Source: Eledone cirrhosa
Taxonomy: Eukaryota
Assembly: GCA_964016885.1 (NCBI GenBank)
Contig: OZ024740.1
Coordinates: 107,632,001-107,696,000, forward strand
Reading direction: 5' to 3'
DNA length: 64,000 nt
The notes under the pieces are model-generated. The model was given only the letters and a program-made list of their open reading frames with translations. It had not been told where the DNA came from and ran no database searches. The translations under genes were made by a program, and so were the position numbers. Positions 52,130 to 64,000 of this stretch are shown piece by piece (position 1 is the stretch's first letter; each line of letters opens with the position of its first letter).

Positions 52130-54572
52130 AAGACACCATATTAACCATCATACCCCCACCTCCAGCATGTCACCATATTAACCATCATACCCCACCACCA
52201 GCATGTCATTAACCATCATACCACCACCTCAAGTATGGCATAATTAACCATCATATCCCCACATCCAGCATGACACCATATTAACTATCATACCCACACC
52301 TCAAGCATGGCATAATTAACCATCATACCCACACATCAAGCATGGCATAATTAACCATCATATCCCCACATCCAGCATGTCACCATATTAACCATCATAC
52401 CCACACCTCAAGCATGGCATAATTAACCATCATACCCACACATCAGCATGGCATAATTAACCATCATATCCCCACATCCAGCATGACACCATATTAACTA
52501 TCATACCCACACCTCAAGCATGGCATAATTAACCATCATACCCACACATCAAGCATGGCATAATTAACCATCATATCCCCACATCCAGCATGTCACCATA
52601 TTAACCATCATACCCACACCTCAAGCATGGCATAATTAACCATCATACCCACACATCAAGCATGGCATAATTAACCATCATATCCCCACATCCAGCATGT
52701 CACCATATTAACCATCATATCCCCACATCCAGCATGTCACCATATTAACCATCATACCCACACCTCAAGCATGGCATAATTAACCATCATACTCCCACAT
52801 CCAGCATGACACCATATTAACCATCATACCCCACCTCAAGCATTGCATAATCAACCATATTACCCACACCTCAAGCATGGCATAATTAACCATCATACCC
52901 ACACCTCCAGCACAACACCATATTAACCATCATACTCCCACATCCAGGATGACACCATATTAACCATCATACCCCCACCTCAAGTATGTCATAATTAACC
53001 ATCATACCCCCACCTCCGGCATGACACCATATTAACCATCATACCCACACCTCAGCATGGCATAATTAACCATCATACCCACACATCAAGCATGGCATAA
53101 TTAACCATCATATCCCCACATCCAGCATGTCACCATATTAACCATCATACCCACACCTCAAGCATGGCATAATTAACCATCATACCCACATATCAAGCAT
53201 GGCATAATTAACCATCATATCCCCACATCCAGCATGTCACCATATTAACCATCATACCCACACCTCAAGCATGGCATAATTAACCATCATACTCCCACAT
53301 CCAGCATGACACCATATTAACCATCATACCCCACCTCAAGCATTGCATAATCAACCATATTACCCACACCTCAAGCATGGCATAATTAACCATCATATCC
53401 CCACATCCAGCATGTCACCATATTAACCATCATACCCACACCTCAAGCATGGCATAATTAACCATCATACTCCCACATCCAGCATGACACCATATTAACC
53501 ATCATACCCCACCTCAAGCATTGCATAATCAACCATATTACCCACACCTCAAGCATGGCATAATTAACCATCATACCCACACCTCCAGCACAACACCATA
53601 TTAACCATCATACTCCCACATCCAGGATGACACCATATTAACCCTCATACCCCCACCTCAAGTATGTCATAATTAACCATCATACCCCCACCTCCGGCAT
53701 GATACCATATTAACCATCATACCCACACCTCAAGCATGGCATAATTAACCATCATACCTCCACCTCCAGCATGACACCATATTAACCATCATACCAACAC
53801 CTCAAGCATGTCATTAACCATCATACACTCACTTCCAGCACCATAATAGCAATCGTAGCCATACCTCCAACATGTCTATAACCATCGTAACCACACCTCC
53901 AACACATCAGTAACCATCATACCCACACCTCCAGCACCATAATAGCAATCATACCACACCTCCAACACATCGGTAACCATCATACCCACACCACCAACAC
54001 ATCGGTAACCATCACACCCACACCTCCAACACATTGGTAACCATCATACCCACACCTCCAGCACCATAATAGCAATCATACCCACACCTCCAGCACCATA
54101 ATAGCAATCATACCCACACCTCCATCATGCCTTTAATCATCATACCCACACCTTCAACACATCATTAACCATCATACCCACACCTCCAACAAATCAATAA
54201 CCATCATACCCACACCTCCAGCATGACACAACCATCATACTTACACTTCCAACATCTTTAACCACCATACCCACACTGTAGAAATGACAAATTAACCATC
54301 ATACTCACACTTCCAACAAATCAATAACCATCATACCCACACCTCCAGCATGACACAACCATCATACTTACACTTCCAACATCTTTAACCACCATACCCA
54401 CACTGTAGAAATGACAAATTAACCATCATACTCACACCTCCAACAAATCAATAACCATCATACCCACACCTCCAGCATGACACAACCATCATACTTACAC
54501 TTCCAACATCTTTAACCACCATACCCACACTGTAGAAATGACAAATTAACCATCATACTCACACCTCCAACA
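52130..54572. repeat. ~30-37-bp minisatellite with higher-order structure, overlapping the exon 54563 splice donor
   Basis: Unit TTAACCATCATACCCACACCTC(A/C)AGCAT...; 127-bp higher-order repeat x3 at the exon-proximal end. Confidence 0.95.
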
Positions 54573-54796
54573 TTATTTAACAAATGTTCCATAAGACGGG
54601 CTGTTGCTTCCTTCACCATCTTGGCATTATAGACAGAGCCTCGCACCATTATGATGGTCATATATGACCGAGGTTTCTGTTTGAAGGTGATTGTCACATT
54701 GTAGACCTTCTGTAAATGAACCAGCTGTGATGAAGCTGGATCTGATAATGGAGGTGACAAAGACATTTCAAATATAAAAACCAGTGGAAGTAAGTC
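54563..54796 (-). CDS. BICC1: Bicaudal-C exon, KH-like domain
   Basis: gcag|GAC...GGT|gtgagt; DLLPLVFIFE...ITFKQKPRSY...EATARLMEHLLNNVGG; 234 nt, within ORF 54512-54802. Confidence 0.93.
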
Positions 54797-54961
54797 CTGC
54801 AATTAAAAAGAAAGAAAGTAAGAAATAGATTAATATTAGACACAAGGACTTAAAATGTGTAGGATGGATATATTCAATTAAATATACCCAAGTAAAATAC
54901 CAGTTAACTATTTGGGTATATTTAAGCTCTACACGCATATACATATATATATATATATACA

Positions 54962-55240
54962 AATTGGAAAAAAATGAAGTTGGGATGCTTCAATGAATGT
55001 GTAATAGTAATATACGTAAATGGCAAAGCCTAAATGAACTGAGAGAGAAACTAGGCATAAGAGGGATCAGATGCAGTATGCAGGAGAGGAGACTGTGTTG
55101 GTATGGACATGTGATGCGTATGAAGGATGACAGCTGTATAAAAAGATGTAGAGGGCTCAAAGTTGATGGAAGCTATGGAGTAGCAAGACCTAGAAAAACT
55201 TGGGATAAGGTGATAAAAGCTGACCTTTCTCTGAAAAGAT
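54962..55240 (+). mobile_element. RTE LINE C-terminal fragment
   Basis: ORF 54997-55242 MCNSNIR...RRLCWYGHVMR. Confidence 0.85.
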
Positions 55241-55678
55241 GAAAAGCAATGTTGACCATGGCAGCATTTGAACCCAGAATGCAGAGAATGTGAACAAATG
55301 CCAAGGTATTTAATGTGGCTCTCTAACAACTCTGCCAATCTGTTGCCTTTCTTCGCTAAGATAACAGACACCTAATAACACCTTTGGTTATTTTATTTCT
55401 CTGAGATGACAGATATGTCAAACGATATGTTCCGTTTATTGAAATATATTTTAAAGATCTCAGGTGAATTAAACGTCCTCATAAAGGTGTTAGGTGACAT
55501 TTGTCCACATAAATCTACATCTGTCCACTAATAAATGAGGATAAATATAGTAACCAGTGATGTCTCATAAAAAAATTACAGTAAATTAATTAATGTAATA
55601 TAATTTCAGTCGTCAAATTAAACTAATTACAGTCAATTAATTAAACTAATTTCAATAAACAATTTCATTTAGTCTTAC

Positions 55679-55732
55679 CCTTATTTGTATCCGTGCACTT
55701 TCAACTCCAGTTGGTTGACCAGCAATAGAAAC
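55679..55732 (-). CDS. BICC1: Bicaudal-C exon, end of KH domain
   Basis: tcag|GTT...AGG|gtaaga; VSIAGQPTGVESARIQIR; 54 nt. Confidence 0.95.
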
Positions 55733-56772
55733 CTGAAGGATAAATAGAAATTAATTATTACAATGATATTATAGCAATGTGTATATGTATACACATATAA
55801 TGCATGTGTGTGTGTGTGTGTGAGAGAGAGAAATGCATATATATAAACCCGTAAAATATTTTATTTCAGATATTTTTCTGTTAAACCAAACCTTATAATT
55901 TTGTTGATATCTACAGCTTAAAGCGAGTTATATTTTTGAGTGACTTATTATTGAAATATGTTTTTTCTATTCTGAAGACGGTGTAGAGTTTTGTGAGTTT
56001 GCCGAGTATTTTAACAGTCAAAGTAAATTTGCCAGTTATTCTTGGCAGAAAAACTCATGATGCTATGCACCAGAAACAATTGTAAATGATTAACCCTTTT
56101 GCATTTAAACCAGCCATATCTCACATTTAAACCGATCAGAATGCACCATGATGTTATGCACCAGAAACAATTGTAAATGATTAACCCTTTTGCATTTAAA
56201 CCGGCTATATCTCACATTTAAACCGGCCAGAATTCTCTCACCTCTTTCTGTTCAAACTGGTCGTAACTAGCCACTCATACTGATGTTAAGGTATTTTTCT
56301 TAAAATAAATAACATCAAAATCTCGTAGATTTGATATTATGTTAGGAAAAGCCTTTTATGTGAAAATACAATAGTAAATATAGAGTAATGTGAATGCTAA
56401 ATAGTTAAACAGTTTTAATGAAAGTTGGTTGATTTTCTTTCAAATAATTTTGAATATATATTATGCTCTGCTTATTTCCTAAATGCTTCACTAACTCTTT
56501 CCAAGCTCTAACCTAGCTTCTCTCTAACTCTTGTTTTGCATGAAATAAATATTGAGCAATCACTCAATATTTATTTCTGAGGCTAGCAATTACATCTTAT
56601 ATATCTGTCTTTACTGTCCTTTGAGATTTGATTATATTCTTCCATTTTATACATATATTATATATATAATAGAACACTGAGTCCATGGGACGAGTTTGGT
56701 AGAAGTAATTCCACAACAGTTAATTCACCATTTCCGAGAAATAATAAATATATATATATATCTATATATATA

Positions 56773-57122
56773 TATCATCATCATTATCATCATTTCATTT
56801 TACGTCCGCTTTTTCCCTGCTTGCAAGGGTGGGACGGGAACTGATTCTGGCTTGATTTCTACAGCTGGATGCCCTTCCTAACACCAACCTCATTTACAGT
56901 GAGTGCTGGGTGCTTTTTTGCCGTGGCACCTCCACGACCACTTTGTAGTGGAATGATATGGACCCCAGTCCCTATCATCTCATTTCTACAGCTGAGTAAA
57001 CTGGAGCAATGTGAAATAAAGTGTCTTGCTCAAGGAAACAACACATCACCCGGTCTGAGAATTGAACTCACAACCTTTCGATTGCAAGCCCAATGCTCTA
57101 ACCACTAAGCCATGTGCCTCCA
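56773..57122 (-). mobile_element. tRNA-derived SINE (young family)
   Basis: Reverse complement near-identical to 26689-27015; in (TA)n. Confidence 0.92.
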
Positions 57123-57437
57123 TATATATATATATATATACACACAATATATTTAATATAGAATTGGCTTCTACAGGACTAGAATTGTTTCATTCGAAGG
57201 AAATCATACATGCACACTAATACATATACACACATACATAGATACACTCATACAGTTATTTGGGTGCCTTTATTTGAGTTCACTTAGTTACAAACATGTA
57301 GGTGTTCCCTTTCACCTATCACAGAGGCCCTTAAAAGGGTCATAGATACTGCCCTTCCTTCCATGAATAGATAGTAAAAAAAACAAAAAAAACAGCTACA
57401 AGTCAGCTTTGAATGTGAAGATTTAAAGATGGCTTAC

Positions 57438-57599
57438 CTGGTTGCTTTTTTCTTGGACATTGTTGCCTCGATTAGAATCTGGGAAATGGATATGGCAGCC
57501 TGTCCCTTGCATTACTTTCTTAATGTTATTACCCCCTTTACCAATCACATGAGAATGGTCAGTATGAGAAACATCCATTTTCAGTGTAACACGGTTGCC
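57438..57599 (-). CDS. BICC1: Bicaudal-C exon, KH domain with GxxG loop
   Basis: ag|GGC...CAG|gtaagc; GNRVTLKMDVSHTDHSHVIGKGGNNIKKVMQGTGCHIHFPDSNRGNNVQEKSNQ; 162 nt. Confidence 0.97.
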
Positions 57600-60315
57600 C
57601 TAGAATGTCATAATAAAAACAAAATTACATGATTACCATATTTCTAATTGAAACATTGTTTCCTTGGTTCAATTTGACAAGTTCCACCCCACACAATAAG
57701 TGAGTGAGGTAAAATCTTGTTCATATATATATATATTTTTTTAATGAGTATGATGATGATTGGAACATTACTTCAGAATTTCTTTAATAAAATTATGATG
57801 GAAGAGTGTTTTCAAGTGGAATGGTATCTACCCATAATGTAGTAACACAATATTACACTGTTAACCCATACTAACCAGTAATACAATATTACATAGTTAA
57901 CCCATACTAACCAGTAATACAATATTAGACAGTTAACCCTTACTAACCAGTAATAAATACAATAGTTAATCCTTAATGATCAGTTCCTCCACAAATAATC
58001 TACTAAAGCCAACAGGATGTGACATGGAAAGCAAGGAAAGATAATTGAAAACTATAAAGTACCACTATCCTTATTTTTCCATGTTCTAAGAGTGGTGGAT
58101 TGGTAGTATCAGTAAAATATTGGACAACATGCTTTGTGGCATAAAGTTATGTCCATTTGTAGTCTGAGTTTAAATCCTGCCATGGTTAACTTTGTCTTTC
58201 ATCCTTATGGGGTCGATAGAATAAAGTACCAGTAACGCACTGGGGTTGATTTAATCGACTTTCCCTTTCCTCCAAATTGTTGGCCTTGTGCCTAAATCAG
58301 AAACCATTTTTCCCCATGCTCTCATGAATTGGACAAGACATTTGAGGTAGCTTTTATACAACCAAATGCTCTTCTCAATGTCAACTCCTAGCTTATTTTA
58401 AGTATGGTACAAATATCTCTGACTTTCAGTGCACTGTTATGCTGGTGGAGGAGGAGGAGCTACAGTAAAGTACTCCCCACACCACCCAGATATATCAATA
58501 TATCACATGGAGACAAATACTTCAGTGTCCCCTAACAACACAACAATGTGTTATAGGAGTCACTATGGCCCATATTTAGAGGTATTGTTACACATACAAG
58601 ACAACATTAAGCAGTTAGGTCCCATGGAAGATCTGCCAACTCCCACCTCATTTTCTCCTATATTGTTTATTCCTAAAGAGTTCTGAAGTTTGAGCACAAA
58701 TTACTATAGGATTGTATTGATATTCTAAATACTTAACATTTTATTGCCATATTCTTAATGAAAGACACTGCCTATGATTTTCAAATATACCTGATTTTCT
58801 CATTATCAAGTTAATGTTTGGAACATAACAAAAGTTCTTACATAAAATTATGACGGAAGGGTTTTAGATAAATATAAACACTTTAAAATATATAGTTTTC
58901 TTTAGTAGAAACAGGGGTGGTTTCAGGTGATTTGATATCAAAAGGATTAAGGTGGTTTCATTGTAGACATTCTGTAGGCAATTAGATGTAATCTGTCTTG
59001 ACTAAAGCAAGAATACATTGAGTAGATGATCTAGTATTTCTCTAGATATTTCACATATTTTACATGTTTTCCCAATTACCATATTTACAACACATTATTA
59101 GCTACAGTGACATAAGAGAACCCACCAGTGTAGTGTTGCTATTATTTATCTTCCAGTTTCAGTTGGTGGTAGTGGTGGTTCATTCAGTATGTCACAGTCA
59201 TATGGACTAATCTTATTACCTACATCTTACATCTTGACATAAATGTTATATTTTCCAATTTCATTCATATTGCCACCTGAGCTTTTCTCCTTTATTATTT
59301 TCCTAACTTTCTGCTGCTGTTGTTACAGCCATATTTATTGCTATCTTAGTATTTGTGACATCTCAATGTTCTGTTGAGATTCTTGTTTCTCCTGCCTATA
59401 CTAAACATTCCCGCCTCCTTATAAATACAATTAAGGGAATTAAGAATGTTGATTTTATTTACAATATGTATATGTATCCTATATGTGCCCAAGGAATATG
59501 TGACCAAAACATTGATGGTAAAATGGGAGGTTGGCTTATATATGCCATCTAAACATTGTGATTGGCTATTAATAATGGGGTTTGGAGTTTTGCCTATTTA
59601 TCAGATATAAAATAGGGGGGGGGGGGGCGTCTCTTATATTCGAGTATACACAATAATCTAAAGCAGTTGCTCTTATATTATGGTTGTTGATGTTTTGTTA
59701 TATTTCCTTTGTCCCCTTTGTTGATTTCCTCCTCAATATAACCCCTACTTTCTGTTGTTTTTCCATCTGGTATTGTCCCCAACATTCTGCACCCTTCTGA
59801 CTAATAAAAGAAGGTGGATTGGCAGAATCAGTAGAGCATCAGACAACATGTTATTATGCAGTATTTAGTTACAACCCTTTAAATCCTGAGTTCAAATCCC
59901 GTTGAGGTTTATTTACTTTTCGTGCTTATGGGATCGATAAAATAAAGTACCAGTAACATACTGGGATCAATATAACCGCCAAGGTTAACTTTGCCTTTCA
60001 TCCTTATGGGGTCGATAAAATAAAGTACCAGTAACACACTGGGGTCGATTTAATTGACTTCCCCTCCCCTTCAAATTGCTGGCCTTGTGCTTAAAATAGA
60101 AACAATTATTATTATCATTATTCCTTCTTTTGTGAGATTTATACAATCTCTCAGTGGGTCATTAGCTATTACTTAGGGCAGGAGAAAGTAAATGAGCTAG
60201 TAATTGCTTTCAGTTACCTGCATAGGAGTTGCCATAGTAATAATTACTGCAGCAGCAGTAGTAGTAGTAGTAATGGTGGTGGTGGAGGTAGTAGTAGCGG
60301 GGAAAGTGGTGGTGA

Positions 60316-60350
<35 letters not shown>

Positions 60351-60494
60351 AGAAATATCCCTTGATTAATTACTTTCCAATATTTCAGTTTCTATCCTTC
60401 ACTTTCCCCCATCACCAATAAAATATATGGAAGGACATAACTCCACCCACCCACAACCATACATCTCTTCTTACAAAGTCACTACCAACATTAT

Positions 60495-60694
60495 ACGAGG
60501 GTTGGCTGAAAGGTTTATAGGCGGACCAACATACTCTCATGGAATGACCAAATGAGATTTATTTTTCAACATAGTCCCTGGAAGGAAACAATGCAGTTAT
60601 TAACAAGAAGAGTTGAAATTAATGCATGCAAGATTTCACAGCTTTAGCATCAGTCCTTCATAGTCAGCCTATGAACTTTTCAGTTCACCCTCGT
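60495..60694. mobile_element. Tc1/mariner MITE with TA target duplication
   Basis: TA-CGAGGGTTGGCTGAAAGGTTTATAGGC ... GCCTATGAACTTTTCAGTTCACCCTCG-TA. Confidence 0.85.
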
Positions 60695-60795
60695 AATTAT
60701 TATTGTAAGCAGCAGCAGCTTGTTATATACATTCATACAAAGTTCGGAAGACATGCAAACATCCTCAAAGATATACTTATATATGTAGTACGTAC

Positions 60796-60875
60796 CTTTG
60801 TATCTAAGATACTCATTATTTTATCTTTGGCAACCTTGACATTATTGGGCATTCCAATTACTTTGATGTGAGGAT
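60796..60875 (-). CDS. BICC1: Bicaudal-C exon
   Basis: tccag|ATC...AAG|gtacgt; (D)PHIKVIGMPNNVKVAKDKIMSILDTK; 80 nt, phase 1 to 0. Confidence 0.95.
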
Positions 60876-63219
60876 CTGGAGAGATAAGCAGAGAGAGAAA
60901 ATAGAATTACATGTGATGCATCACAGAATAAAGAAGGCGGTGCGTGAGTGAACTGAACGTTTTATCAGATTGATAGAGCTTTCTTCCTCTTAGTTAACAC
61001 TCACACACACATGCACATACACATACACATATATATATGGCTGACTGAATACACATGTGCCTTTTCTCAAAATATTTTTTCCATTCCTTCCTCTTCTCAT
61101 TCTCTATTTTTCAATTTCATCTTTTATTTCTCATTCTATCTTTTGATGAAGGACTAATGTCCAACATTTAAAGACTCTTTTCCTACTGTACCTACATGTA
61201 GCAATCCAGGTTTATTTGAGTAGTCGATGGTGGAGTATACAAACAGTAAATATTAGCAAAGACCATGTGAAGTTGTGTATAAATTTATTCAGCAATTATA
61301 CATATTTTTCTGAGGTCAATGATTAGGTAATATGATCACCAGGGAACCATGATGGTTATATGGTGATCACATCACCTAAACATCGACCCCATGCTAGCAG
61401 GAAAAATGGATGTTAAACAGTGATGATGATGATAATGATGTATATATATATCATCATCAAAGGAACTGACCATCAGATTGAACCAAGGAAACTAAGCTTC
61501 CATAGCTGATACTGTCTACTGGTTGCAAATCATGGCAGAAGGAGGTGGGATTGACATCTGTAGGGTTTCAACTCAGAGTACAGAGAGATGGAACATATAC
61601 CAAAGTATTTAATCCATCTCTCTAACGACTTTGCCAAATTTCAAATTTTCCCAGTGCTTCTTAAAGTAACTGCTTTGTTTACACTTCTAGGTACAGGCTT
61701 AACATCTTTTTTAAAAAAAAAATGACAGAACTGGTGACCAGTGACTCTGTTAACATAGTGATTAACACACTAGCTTGGAATCTGAGAGTTGTAGAGTTCA
61801 ATTCCTCACAATGCCTCTGTCCACTTTTTTTCATCTCCAGAGGTACTTTATCCAACTATTTCAACTATTATTTATAGTGATCAACTATTATTATGGTCAT
61901 TCGGGACACACACATTTCAATTTTTTTAAATTTCTCCAATGCTTCTTAAGTCAATCACTTTGTTTACACTTCTAGCCATAAAAAAAAGATGGAATTGTCG
62001 GCCAGCAGCCCTTTAGTGTGGTGGTTAACACACTTACCCAACATCTTAAAGATGTAGGGTTCAATTCTTTGCAGGCTAACCTCTCGGAGGCTGAAGTCAC
62101 AATACTACAGTTATCTCCATATGTATAACATGAAATATATAAACATACAACAGCTTTTATTACAAGAGTGATTGAGTATTAGACATTATGTGGACTGTTT
62201 CCTACCATCTACCAATCAAAAATGAAATAAAATGTACAAATGTGAAAAGAAAATTTGCTCTAATTGGAGGATGTTGTTCTTGTTACTGTAGCTGTTTAAC
62301 CCTGATCTAGCAGACATATATATGGCCATCAATTGTTTTGTTTGTTTTTATAAATCAGGATATACATTTTCTAACATACTTTTCTTTATTTAAGATGGTA
62401 GGGTGTGATATGAAGGAAATTTGGCTGCTATTTCTAGCATAGTGGGATTGACATCTGTAGGGTTTCAACTCAGAGTACAGAGATGGAATAGCTCCAGCAT
62501 TAACTTCATTGTAGAATGTTTGGGGTTAGAGTGTCTGTAGATACAGATAATTACATTGATGATGATGATATGAGAAAATAGATATATTGTCTTGAATTAT
62601 AATTGATTTACTTGCTTGAAAAAACAAACAAACCAAAAACATATTCTGCATTTGCCACCCCACCCTCCCCTCCTTACAAAATAAATGAAATCATACACAT
62701 AATCAATTATGAAATATTATATCTGGTGCCAGTTCATCCTGTGAGGTGGTCATTTCTGTGCCTCGATAAATAGCACTCTGACCACACTGAAAAACATTTG
62801 GTGTTAGGAAAGGCATCCAGCTGTAGAAACGAAGCCAAAATACAGATCTGTATGAGCAAAATGTGGTCTCTGGATCTGACTTATCTCATAATGTGACAAC
62901 CCATCTAACCCATGCGTGGAAAATGGACATTAAATGGTGATGATGATGATATACAGAAACTATATGTTTAGTATATAATAGTTATGCTCTATTATTTGTT
63001 ACTAATGTGAAGAGGGAAGAATACATAAAGGAAATCAAAGACATTGTTATGTAATTGAGGAATATTAGTTGGAAAATATTGGTAAATTCTGGAGATATAA
63101 ATAATGATGCCATCTGAGGCTTAATCAACAGCAGGCTTTTCTTACTGGTCTAGGGTTAAACATTTAATTAAATAGAATTGTGCATGGCAGGCAACATGAT
63201 TGTCTGTGTACATGTGTGT

Positions 63220-63278
<59 letters not shown>

Positions 63279-63630
63279 AATGTGTATATGACTGCATGTG
63301 CGAGAGAGAGAGGGGGGAGGGAGAAAGAGAGAGATCTTCATATCATATAATCTTATGAATTAATTGCTATGCCAATGAGGGAGCCTTTAATCAAGCAGTT
63401 ATTTAACCTGCTAGAAATAGCAGCCAAATCTTTCTCAAATCACATGTTATCATCTTAAAAGAAAAAAGGATACATTAAATAATGTCCTAGATATTCTATT
63501 CCTGAAAACAAAAAGAAGTGGTCATAACTGGAAAGCCTTAGATTACAGGTGCTCTCAATGAAAGCTATCATGGGATAATCAACAACATATTTTAATATAA
63601 ATTATGTAAGAACATTTTAATGAGAATTAC

Positions 63631-63700
63631 CTTTCTTAGATTTGGCCCCAATCTTCAATTTGGATGGCCAGGTGACGTCTGTATTAGTTTCTTTCATGAT
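63631..63700 (-). CDS. BICC1: Bicaudal-C exon (first exon visible in window; gene continues upstream)
   Basis: ttcag|ATC...AAG|gtaatt; encodes IMKETNTDVTWPSKLKIGAKSKK, matching the conserved BicC motif WPSKLKIGAKSKKD; 70 nt, phase 0 to 1. Confidence 0.95.
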
Positions 63701-64000
63701 CTGAATACAGAAATAAATGAATGGTTAAATATAATATATATACATGAATACATACACAAACACAATAAAAATCTTAAGGCCATTTTTTTCTTGCTAAAAC
63801 TGAAGTTTACCTTCCAGGCCCCCACAATAGGCTTGATGATAGGAAAGACATCCTGCTGTAGACACCCATCTTACTGATGATCTAACTCTGGATCAGATCA
63901 ATCCCATTAAACTATGGTTAGGTTTCATTTGAGTCAGAGACTTAAGAATAATGAATAAAGTGGATTAATGCAGTGTTGAGATATGGTTTGACATCATCTC

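Noticed and set aside
52130-54572. CRISPR-like appearance (~36-bp periodic repeats)
   Set aside because: No unique spacers, no cas genes, eukaryotic intron; it is a minisatellite
63811-63860. Possible further BicC exon ending in AAG|gtaaac
   Set aside because: The translation does not resemble the expected BicC segment, and the sequence looks like a decayed RTE/SINE tail

Overview
AT-rich, microsatellite- and transposon-rich eukaryotic DNA; the SINE/LINE repertoire is most like an octopod cephalopod (inference). The whole window lies inside one minus-strand gene, a Bicaudal-C (BICC1) orthologue. I read 17 GT-AG exons (63700 down to 1460) that splice by hand into one open frame of 2145 nt / 715 codons, covering the KH/KH-like domains, the Ser/Asn-rich linker and the start of the SAM domain. 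Both ends of the gene lie outside the window. The introns hold RTE-clade LINEs, a decayed CR1/Jockey-type LINE, Penelope-like elements (PLEs), tRNA-derived SINEs, TTAA- and TA-type MITEs, Helitron-like elements, a probable solo LTR and minisatellites. Most notable: (1) a ~2.4 kb intronic minisatellite built from copies of the neighbouring exon's 3' end and 5' splice site; (2) a type I hammerhead-ribozyme-like motif with an intact core in a short TA-flanked element, plus several degenerate hammerhead-like motifs; (3) three unrelated fold-back elements with the same architecture inserted in (TA)n; (4) a 27-nt micro-exon; (5) inverted SINE pairs around exons. Coordinates were read by eye, so repeat boundaries are approximate. 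No database searches were run.
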